Origin: Octopus sinensis
Taxonomy: Eukaryota
Length of the DNA: 8,635 nt
Assembly: GCF_006345805.1 (NCBI RefSeq)
Contig: NW_021828374.1
Location: 1 to 8,635, forward strand
Reading direction: 5' to 3'
How positions within the stretch are numbered: the stretch's first letter is position 1; each line of letters opens with the position of its first letter. This document shows positions 1-8,557 of this stretch, one piece after another. The notes under the pieces were generated by a model. The model was given only the letters and a program-made list of their open reading frames with translations, made no database searches and was not told the DNA's origin. Both the position numbers and the translations under genes were made by a program.

Positions 1-11
1 ACTGCAGTACA

Positions 12-548
12 TGCATTACAGAACTGCAGTAGCCTAGTCCCCTCATCGTTTCGGGTGCCAATACCATGGCCACTGTTTACCCCAGTGATGATACCCGATT
101 CCCGCCCAACATGCCCATTAAAGTCTCCAGCCACAAAGATGAGGTCATTGCCACTCGTCTTTGAGGTAGCCTGTAGAAGGGTATCATAAAAGTGGTCCTT
201 CTGATCATTTGGTAGCCCCGCATGTGGGGCGTAGGCAGAGATAATTGTAGCTGTGCTGTTCTGTAGGACTAGCCTGAGCTTAAGCAACCTATCGCATACC
301 CTGACAACCTCTATGACCTTATCCACCCATTTCTCCGCAAGGAGTATGCCAACACCCCCTACACCATCCATGTTACCTTGCTAGAAGACTTTATACCTAT
401 GTGCCTTGCCTGTGAGGACCCTAGCTGAAGCTCCTCTCCATCTTACCTCTTGTATGCAGCATACATCAACCCGTCTCCTTTCAAGCATCTCTACAATCTC
501 ACTAGACCTACCTTTCAGCGTGCCAACATTGACCATGCCAACTCTGAA
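12..548 (-). mobile_element. RTE-clade (BovB-like) LINE fragment: APE/EEP endonuclease N-terminal domain, pseudogenised
   Basis: Manual minus-strand translation gives FRVGMVNVGTLKGRSSEIVEMLERRRVDVCCIQEVRWRG...KVF*QGN...GVGILLAEKWVD...RLLKLRL...IISAYAPH...KDHFYD...IFVAGDFNGHVG...HGIGTRNDEGTRLLQFC. It shows the NV.TL, QE.RW, SAYAP, GDFNGHVG and G.RN.EG.RLL.FC motifs typical of RTE endonucleases. There is one in-frame TAG at 381-383, probably from TGG. The 5' boundary upstream of 548 is not resolved. Confidence 0.9.
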
Positions 549-1105
549 AACTGGGAAGGTAATGTGGGGTGAGGTTTGGAGAGGAGGGATGTAATTCAGC
601 GCCTGAAAAGAAGAGGGTTGTTGTGTTCATTTTTTAGGCATGTTTCGTTGATCTCTTCCGACCTGACAACATTCAAGCGTTCAAGCATGTTAAATTGCCG
701 CCCCTACTGGGTGTAGGAGCTGGTGTTAGCAGCGTTGTAAGCATAAGTGTTAAGGTTATTGAATGAAGTAGATTTTAGCGGTGTAGCAGAAATATGGATC
801 TTCCAGGGGAGAGGGAGGGGGCAGCTGAAAGCCGGTCGCATTTGTCCATGTAGATGGGGATTGCAGGTATATGGAGGGTACCACCAGTGGGGAAAGGTTC
901 AGACACAGAGAGAGAGAAAACAAGCGCAAACACACACAGGAACAAGCATGCATGGACAGCCGAATAGCTTTTACATTTACTTCCCAGGGCCAAGGAAATG
1001 GGTAGTTGTTGGCATATTTCTAGACAACGAAAACGGAACGAAATATAGCCGAACCTGGTTGCGCTTGTTACAGTAGAGAAATATTGGAAGAGATAGGTAG
1101 AGAGA

Positions 1106-1297
1106 GGGGCAGGTAGAGAGGGAGAAGGAGAGATGGAGAAAGAGAGAGTGCAGGTAATATGGGGAGGGGGCAGGTAGAGAGAGAGAGAGAGGGAGAGATG
1201 GAGAAGAGAGGTGGCAGGTAATATGGGGAGGGGGCAGGTAGAGAGAGAGAGAGAGGAGAGGAGAGATGGAGAAGAGAGAGTGCAGGTAATATAGGGG
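1106..1297 (+). repeat. Purine-rich tandem repeat, 3 copies of a ~61-64 bp unit (GGGGCAGGTAG(AG)n..GAGATGGAGAAGAGAG.GTGCAGGTAATATGGGGA)
   Basis: Units begin at 1106, 1167 and 1231. Length variation comes from the internal (AG)n. Confidence 0.9.
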
Positions 1298-1299
1298 AC

Positions 1300-1461
1300 A
1301 GCACCAGTGAGGAGGGGAGTTAGGAGAAACTATAACTGGTAGGAGTGATGACAAAATTCTAGACAGGAAGAAACTTAAGATAGCACCAGTGAGGAGGGGG
1401 AACTGGGAGAAGAGATAACTGGTAGGGTTAGTGACAGATTTCTAACAGAACGAAACATAAG
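1300..1461 (+). repeat. Two diverged tandem copies of an ~82 bp unit starting AGCACCAGTGAGGAGGGG
   Basis: AGCACCAGTGAGGAGGGG occurs at 1300 and 1382. Both copies continue with ATAACTGGTAGG, (A/G)TGACA.A.TTCTA and GAAAC.TAAG. Confidence 0.8.
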
Positions 1462-1681
1462 TAACTAGTTAAGAGGGTGGGTTGATGAGCAGCTGCACTG
1501 GCCGCATTCGTCCTAGAGAGAGAAGTGCAGGTAATATATGAGGATAGCCTGTTGAGTAGGAGTGGTTGCAAGAATAGACACAGGTAATGGTGGAGGGAGA
1601 AGGGATTTCCGGTGTAAACGGTGCGAAGATAGAGGTATCCGGTATTGGTGGTGTGGGTGGGAAAGGGCGGGCACACCGCGA

Positions 1682-2147
1682 GCAAGCAAGACAAAATATG
1701 GAACTAAGAACGAGAGAATTAAGGAAGCAAAGTTTATGGGGATAGAATGAATGTGAATTGAGAAATGAGGATAAATGAATAGAAATGAATAATTATCTTA
1801 ACAATTACAAGATAGGACTAAAATTAAAATTAAAATTATATTTGAGGGGACATTTTCAATGAAAAAACAAGCTGTTAGTGAATACTACATTTAAGGTATT
1901 AGTGGCGAATGAAGTGCAAGGGGACAGAAAGAAAAACGAGAGAAAAATCTTAGCTTTTGGACATCGTTTGGCAGAGGAATGGATATGTAAGGAACCACAT
2001 GAATTGAAATCGAGGGTTTTTTAAATAGATAGCTGCGACCAAAAGTGAGTTTAGGGTTGGGGACAGAGACGAAAATGGTAATGAGGTTGAACAGGCCTCG
2101 GGCAAGCAAGACGAAATATGGAACTAAGAATGAGAAGAATTAAGGAA
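1682..2147 (+). repeat. Dispersed 45/46 bp direct repeat (1682-1726 and 2102-2147)
   Basis: GCAAGCAAGACAAAATATGGAACTAAGAACGAGAGAATTAAGGAA versus GCAAGCAAGACGAAATATGGAACTAAGAATGAGAAGAATTAAGGAA: 2 substitutions and 1 indel, 420 bp apart. Confidence 0.9.
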
Positions 2148-2148
2148 A

Positions 2149-2163
2149 ATATATATATATATA
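2149..2163. repeat. Short (AT)7 microsatellite
   Basis: Perfect AT run immediately before the Penelope-like remnant. Confidence 0.9.
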
Positions 2164-2173
2164 AACACATATT

Positions 2174-2793
2174 CAACTTCAAGACACCTTCTAATGCCCT
2201 CTGCCCCCACGCCCAGCTACCCACAGACTGTGTTCTCCACTATCCATGACCTCATTTACTCCTCCTCCCATCTTACCCACTGCCTCCAACCTCATTGCCC
2301 CTTGCACCCCCACCATTTACTTCCTCCCCAAAATCCACAAACCTAACAACCCTGGCTGCCCATCGTCTCCACCAGCAACTGTCCCGCCAAACTCATCTCC
2401 AGATATCTTGACCTTGTCCTTGCCCTCCTAGTGGCTTCCCTCCCCTCTTACATCCATGACACCAACCACGCGCTTCGTTTGTTCAACTCTTTCTCCTTCC
2501 CTCCTGGCACCTCTAAACTTTTCTTCACCCTCAACATCCATAGCCTTTACATGGTGATCCCTCTACATGAGGGGCTGCGTGCACTCCAACATTTCATTGA
2601 CCTTTGAACCAACCCCCAACCTGACGCATCCAGACTCGTTCATCTGGCCAAACTCATCCTTTCACTCAACTGCTTCTTGTTCACAGGTGATTTCTACCAG
2701 CACTTCATCCTACATGGATATCACCTCACCACTATCCACACTACCTTTGCCAGAGCACATTCCGAGGACCACACATCTGCTCTCTCTCCCTGA
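2174..2793 (+). mobile_element. Penelope-like element (probably Neptune-type) reverse transcriptase remnant, frameshifted and internally deleted
   Basis: Spliced across frameshifts it reads QLQDTF*...QTVFSTIHDLI..SHL/PTASNLIAPCTPTIYFLPKIHKPNNPGC(P)/IVSTSNCPAKLISRYLDLVL..LVASLPSYIHDTNHALRLFNSF...LFFTLNIHSLYMVIPLHEGLRALQHF.DL*TNPQP...L.HLAKLILSLNCF.FTGDFYQ|HFILHGYHLTTIHTTFARA. YFLPKIHK (2318-2341), PG.PIVS, SY..DT, T(D/N)I.SLY..IP and L..N.F.F...FYQ are PLE RT motifs. There is a frameshift at ~2360 and a TGA at 2605-2607. The subgroup call is from recalled motif style only. Confidence 0.88.
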
Positions 2794-2819
2794 ATCTGCC
2801 CCACTTTTAAAATATAAAC

Positions 2820-3205
2820 ACACTTTTTTTTCTCCTTTCTCTCCTCCTCCTTCCTTTCATTCCCCTTTCCCATTTAACACTCCTTTCAGATATGCAGACA
2901 CCCACACACACACACGCACATACATACACTTTCTCACAAGCCAAGGATAAAAAGGGAATTCAGACAATTTTTTGAAAAGTGACATTTTGGCACCCCCTTG
3001 GTGTGAGCAGATTGATTTACCGTTGCTAAAAACCAAGAATTCATCATTGTTGACAAACAGACCAGCTGTTTCTTCTTTCTCTCCTTCTTCTTCCTTCCCT
3101 TCTCTCTTTTTCTCTAACACTTCCTTCAGGTACAAAAACACACACACTCTCACAAGACTGAAAAAAAAGGAAACACATACGATTTATTGAAAACTGACAT
3201 CCCCA
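2820..3205 (+). repeat. Old imperfect duplication (~2820-2995 and ~3065-3205), each copy made of a CT-rich tract, (CA)n and an A-rich segment
   Basis: Shared anchors are TAACACTYCYTTCAG (2875 / 3115), CTCACAAG, AAAAAGG and TTGAAAA.TGACAT (ending 2985 / 3200). The offset changes from 240 to 215 because the (CA)n length differs. Confidence 0.65.
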
Positions 3206-3330
3206 CCCATATATGATGTATGATAACATGTAACATATTAATAAATATCTGTAAATATAAAATCATCCAGATTTCTGAGTACCTCATTTCTTCTAGTATA
3301 TAACGCCTATACATCATCTACAAACTATTC

Positions 3331-3341
3331 TATAATATATG

Positions 3342-3405
<64 letters not shown>

Positions 3406-3756
3406 TATGTATATATATATGAGCATATATATGTATATAATATGTATATATATATGTGTATATATTTATATATATGTATATATATATGTGCATATATATG
3501 TATATATATATGTATATATATATGTGCATATAATGTGCATATATATGTGCATATATATGTATATATATATGTGCATATATATGTATATATATATGTATAT
3601 ATATATGTGCATATATATGTATATATATATGTGCATATATATGTATTATATATGTATATATATATATGTGCATATATATGTATATATATATGTGCATATA
3701 TATGTATATATTATTTATATATATATATGTATATAATATATATATATATATGTATA

Positions 3757-3821
<65 letters not shown>

Positions 3822-3900
3822 GTATATGTGTGTAATATATAATATATATATTATGTGTATATATATATATATGTGTGTATTATATATATATATATATGTG

Positions 3901-3943
<43 letters not shown>

Positions 3944-4161
3944 GAGTGTATATAATATATTATATATATTATAATATATATATATCTATGTATATATGTA
4001 TATATATATGTGATTATATATATTATACACATATATATGTGTGTATTATATATATATATGTGTATATATTATATATGTGTGTATATATATATATATATAT
4101 GTGTGTGTGTGATATATATATATGTATATAGATGTATATATATATATGTATTATATATATG

Positions 4162-4212
<51 letters not shown>

Positions 4213-4214
4213 GT

Positions 4215-4246
<32 letters not shown>

Positions 4247-4329
4247 AATATGTATAATATTAGATATATACATATAGTATATATATATATGTATACATAT
4301 ATAATATACATATATGTTATATATATATG

Positions 4330-4378
<49 letters not shown>

Positions 4379-4542
4379 GTATATATAATATATATGTATA
4401 TATATATATATATATTATATATATATATATATATATATTATGTATTATATATATATATATATATATATATCTTATATATATATATAATCTATATATATAT
4501 ATATATAGTATATATATATGTATTATATATATGTATATATAT

Positions 4543-4615
<73 letters not shown>

Positions 4616-4755
4616 TGTATATATATATATGTATATATATATATGTATATATATATAATATGTATATATATATATGTTATATATATATAATATGTATATA
4701 TATATGTAATATGTATTATATATATATATATATAATATATGTATATATATATATT

Positions 4756-4789
<34 letters not shown>

Positions 4790-4889
4790 ATGTATATATA
4801 TATATAAATATGTAATATAATATATACATATATGTATATATATATATATGTATATATATATATGATATATATATATATATGTATATATA

Positions 4890-4933
<44 letters not shown>

Positions 4934-4937
4934 GTAT

Positions 4938-4969
<32 letters not shown>

Positions 4970-4988
4970 GTATATGTATATATATATG

Positions 4989-5023
<35 letters not shown>

Positions 5024-5060
5024 GTATAATATATATATATGTATATATATATGTATATGT
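3331..5060. repeat. ~1.73 kb degenerate (TA)n microsatellite with TG/GTGC variants
   Basis: Direct inspection. All poly-Ile/Tyr ORFs in the track derive from this array. Confidence 0.98.
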
Positions 5061-5218
5061 GGAGTGGCTGTGTGGTTAGTAGCTTGCTTACCAACCACAT
5101 GGTTCCGGGTTCAGTCCTACTGCGTGGCATTTTGGGCAAGTGTCTTCTGCTATAGCTCTCCAGGCTGACCAATGACTTGTGAGTGGATTGGTAGACAGAA
5201 ACTGAAAGAAGCCTGTCG
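5061..5218 (+). mobile_element. tRNA-derived SINE, apparently full length, with (TA)n tail
   Basis: The tRNA-like head has box A (TGGCTGTGTGG, 5065-5075) and box B (GTTCAGTCC, 5109-5117). The body reads TTGGGCAAGTGTCTT...GAAACTGAAAGAAGCC.GTCG and is followed directly by TA repeats. It resembles a very abundant octopus SINE as I recall it; I cannot give a database name. Confidence 0.88.
5065..5117 (+). promoter_or_regulatory. Internal RNA polymerase III type-2 promoter (box A and box B) of the SINE
   Basis: TGGCTGTGTGG approximates TRGCNNARYGG and GTTCAGTCC approximates GTTCRANNC. The spacing (~33 nt) is tRNA-like. Confidence 0.7.
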
Positions 5219-5223
5219 TATAT

Positions 5224-5283
<60 letters not shown>

Positions 5284-5306
5284 AATATATTATATATATA
5301 TGTATA

Positions 5307-5394
<88 letters not shown>

Positions 5395-5432
5395 GTATAT
5401 ATATAATAGATATATATATGATATATATTATA

Positions 5433-5489
<57 letters not shown>

Positions 5490-5521
5490 TATATATATAT
5501 ATATATATATATGTATATTAT

Positions 5522-5554
<33 letters not shown>

Positions 5555-5559
5555 ATATA
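5219..5559. repeat. (TA)n array forming the SINE tail and flanking the 3' end of the minus-strand LINE
   Basis: Direct inspection. Confidence 0.97.
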
Positions 5560-5581
5560 TAAAACTTAGATAAAACTTAGA
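5560..5581 (-). repeat. 11 bp x2 tandem 3' tail of LINE A (plus strand TAAAACTTAGA TAAAACTTAGA)
   Basis: Exact duplicate sitting between the LINE GAAAC motif and (TA)n. CR1/L2-type LINEs are known to end in short tandem repeats rather than poly(A). Confidence 0.8.
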
Positions 5582-5664
5582 TATGTTTCGACCAGAGATT
5601 GGTCCAGGCCATGTCTAACTTAATAGCACCACCTGATAGGATTATTCGAATCCTGTTTAAGTCA

Positions 5665-5748
5665 AGTTTTGTTCAAGTAGTGAGTTCTTGTTGGATGAGT
5701 TGTATCCAGTTTTGTTCAAGTAGTGAGTTCTTGTTGGTGAGTTGTATC
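5665..5748. repeat. 43 bp tandem duplication within the end of the LINE A ORF
   Basis: AGTTTTGTTCAAGTAGTGAGTTCTTGTTGG(A)TGAGTTGTATC at 5665-5706 and 5708-5748, identical except for 1 indel. Confidence 0.92.
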
Positions 5749-7419
5749 AACTTATGGGGGCTTATCTGGTATTCTTTGAAGGAATCTATCCAGACTCTGT
5801 TTGAAGTGATGGGATCCTTTCCTCTTTGATCTCCCTCGGGACAATGTTAAATAGGGGCAGGGCCTGTTGAGGAAAGAAATTATGTTGCAGTGTACATGTA
5901 TGTTGTGATCTTGAATTTGGCAGGGGACGTATAGCCCGTGGTCCAAGTCTCGGATGAACCTTGAAGCTAATGTTTAGGTCGTTTGGGCAAAGTTGGCGGT
6001 TATTTTTCCACATCGTACAAATGATGTACCACTCACGGCGACGCTGGAGGGAGTAAAGTTTCAAGGCTTTAAGGCGATCCCAATAGTCGAGAGCAGCCAT
6101 GCCTTCAATTTGTTTAGTGAGAGCCCTCTGGGGTGACTCAATTCTGGAGATGTTTTGTCTTGTGTGAGGAGACCACAATGGGCAGCAGTATTCAAGGTGT
6201 GGCCGTACAAAGGATGAAAAAAGTGGTATGATGACACCTTGTTCTCTGGACCGGAAAGTTCTTAAGATCCAGGAACACATCCTACGAGCTGTATCGACCT
6301 TCTTGTTGATGTGTGCACTCCAACTGAGATCGTCATCAACAATTACACCCAGGTCTCTGATATTGTTTTAGTGAGGAATTTCTTCCAAAATGCATCAGCT
6401 CAAATTTTCCCTCATTCAGTTGCATTTTGTTTCTGTCTGCCCATTGACTCACAGCATATAGGTTAGACTGGAGTTGAGTTCGGTCTGCTTCTTCATTGAC
6501 GATTTGCTGGAGCTTAGTGTCATCAGCGAATATTTTCACTTTGCAGTGATGTACGACACTGGAAAGGTCGTTTACATAAATTATGAAGAGTAGCGGACCC
6601 AAAACAGTTCCCTGGGGAACACTGCTGGTGACTTTTGCTGCGTTTGAGTGGACTCCATCAACTACAACATGTTGTGTTCTATTCGCTAGGAAATACTGAA
6701 TCCAGTGTAGAACTTTTCCACGGATTCCAACATTTGCCAATTTTGAGAGTAATATATAATTACTTGGGCATTTCCAAATCAGCAATCCAACTGACTTCTT
6801 TACCACTGCAGATATAAAATCAGAGGCGGCGACGATAAATTACATCGATATAAAGGAAGAAGATGTAATAAAGGCTATAGATGAAATGAAAACAGACTCA
6901 GCTATTGGCCCCGATGGATTCCTGGCAATCCTCCTGAAAGCATGTAAGAGAGTCCTAGCAAGACCACTGCAGTTCCTCTTTCAGAGCTTCCTTGCAGCTG
7001 GCAAACTTCCAAGAAAACTGAAGGAAGGTAAAATATGCCCTATTCATAAAGGAGGTAGCAGAGCGGAGGCCAAGAACTACAGACCTATCTCTCTGACCTC
7101 ACACATCAGCAAGGTCATGGAACGAATAGTTAGAAGGAAACTAATCACCTTCCTTGAAGAAAATGACTTGCTGCCCGACACCCAACATGGTTTCCGACCA
7201 GGAAGAAGCTGCTTAACTCAGCTCCTACAACACTATGACTGGGTGCTGAAACAACTGCTCAACCACTCAAATGTGGAAGTGATATATCTCGACTTTGCAA
7301 AGGCCTTCGATAAAGTCGATCATGGAATGATATGTCAGAAACTGCGTGATCCTGGCATAGTTGGAAAACTAGGAGAATGGCTTCATGACTTTCTGAAGAA
7401 TAGAAGCTAGGTGGTAGCA

Positions 7420-7501
7420 GCTTCTTTCAGTTTCTGTCTACCAAATCCACTCACAAGTCATTGGTCGGCCTGGAGCTATAGCAGAAGACACTTGCTCAAA
7501 A
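7420..7501 (-). mobile_element. 82 nt 3'-half fragment of the SINE inserted antisense into the LINE B RT
   Basis: The reverse complement aligns to 5130-5212 with 2 substitutions and 2 small indels. It has no tRNA head, no TA tail and no visible TSD. Confidence 0.93.
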
Positions 7502-8557
7502 CTTCCATTAACACGCAAATAGTGAGCGGTGTTCCGCAGGGCACTGTTCTGGGACCACTACTGTTCATAATGGCCCTCTCAGACATGCCCTCAGCCACGC
7601 AGAGAGCCACGATCACAAGTTATGCAGATGATACAAAAGTTTCACAGGCAATACCGAACCCTGAGGACACCAAACACCTGCAATGTGAGCTGGACAAAAT
7701 ATACAAGTGGGCTGAAAAGAATAGCATGCAGTTCAATGCTGAAAAGTTTCAAGCTCTATACTATCAGCATGCAAAACTAAATGTAATACCCAATGAATAC
7801 ACTGGACCCGGAGGAATAGCAATCCCAGAGGCACAATCAGTGCGTGACCTAGGTATTTACATGAGTGATGACGCGACCTTTCGTGTACATGTTGCTAAAT
7901 TGGCACAGAAATTTAGACGACTGGCCGGATGGATCCTCAGAACCTTTAGAACAAGAGAACAAGAAACCATGATGGTCCTCTGGAGGACACTTGTCCTAAG
8001 CCACTTTGACTACTGCTCTCAGTTATGGTCACCATCCAGTGTCAAGTTGATCACAGAGCGCGAGGCGATCCAACGTAGCTACACGAAGAAGATAGCCTCT
8101 ATGCAGAATGTAAGCTACTGGGAAAGACTCAAGAGATTAAAACTATATTCCCTGGAGCGTAGGCGGGAAAGATATGCCATAATATACATCTGGAAGATCC
8201 TGGAGGAACGTGTCCTGAACTTTGGCATCGAGAGTTAAGCAAATGCCAAAACTAGGCGCCAATGCGTGGTGCCTAGGACTCCAAACTTGCCATCAAGATG
8301 TAGGACAAGATTCTGTGATAGCCTGGGCTTCCGAGGTCCACAGCTCTTCAATATCCTCCCGAAGAACCTGAGAGACCTGCATGGGGTGGATGCAGATGTC
8401 TTTAAAATGAAGCTGGATCTCTTCCTGTCAGGTGTCCCAGATGAACCAACTTCACGGCAGGAGGGGCAGATGAGGGCAGCTGCATCGAACTCTCTCATGC
8501 ACCAAATGGCAGTTGCTGAAAGCTTTCGTGAAGTGAAACCAAGTAGCAGCACCAAAT

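Larger units (their letters stand above)
5560..6758 (-). mobile_element. 5'-truncated CR1-type LINE (family A): RT C-terminal half, thumb, 3' UTR and tail; pseudogenised
   Basis: Translation gives ILLSKLANVGIRGKVLHWIQYFLANRTQHVVVDG...VPQGTVLGPLLFIIYVNDL...IFADDTKL (FADD 6519-6530)...WADRNKMQLNEGKF.../IRDLGVIVDDDLSWSAHI...WILRTF...VRPHLEYCCPLWSP...YWDRLKALKLYSLQRRRE...FKQSLDRFLQRIPDKP. It contains several frameshifts. The 3' end has a hairpin, GAAAC and (ATCTAAGTTTT)2. Confidence 0.92.

Noticed and set aside
1-31. Palindromic ACTGCAGT(A) twice (1-9, 23-31) where RTE homology fades
   Set aside because: It may be a small templated duplication, but it lies at the window edge and cannot be interpreted.
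406-594. 62-aa plus-strand ORF
   Set aside because: It is the antisense shadow of the RTE endonuclease.
800-1320. G-tracts suggesting G-quadruplexes, and CAG|GTAAT donor-like motifs in the repeat units
   Set aside because: Mostly only 2-3 closely spaced G-tracts, and there is no exon context for the donors.
747-1354. ORFs of 65-125 aa on both strands
   Set aside because: They have no recognisable domain and run through low-complexity AG/CT repeats.
1560-1740. Minus-strand stretch SLILSFLVPYFVLLARGVPA resembling a signal peptide
   Set aside because: There is no in-frame Met before an upstream stop, and it overlaps the 45-bp dispersed repeat.
1300-2147. Repeat-spacer-like pattern suggesting CRISPR
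   Set aside because: Only 2 copies per unit, irregular long spacing, no cas genes and a eukaryotic context.
5061-5130. tRNA gene
   Set aside because: It has A/B boxes but no complete cloverleaf or acceptor stem, and it continues into a SINE body and tail.
3314-5488. Many long ORFs of alternating Ile/Tyr/Met/Cys
   Set aside because: These are translation artefacts of (TA)n, which lacks stops in some frames.
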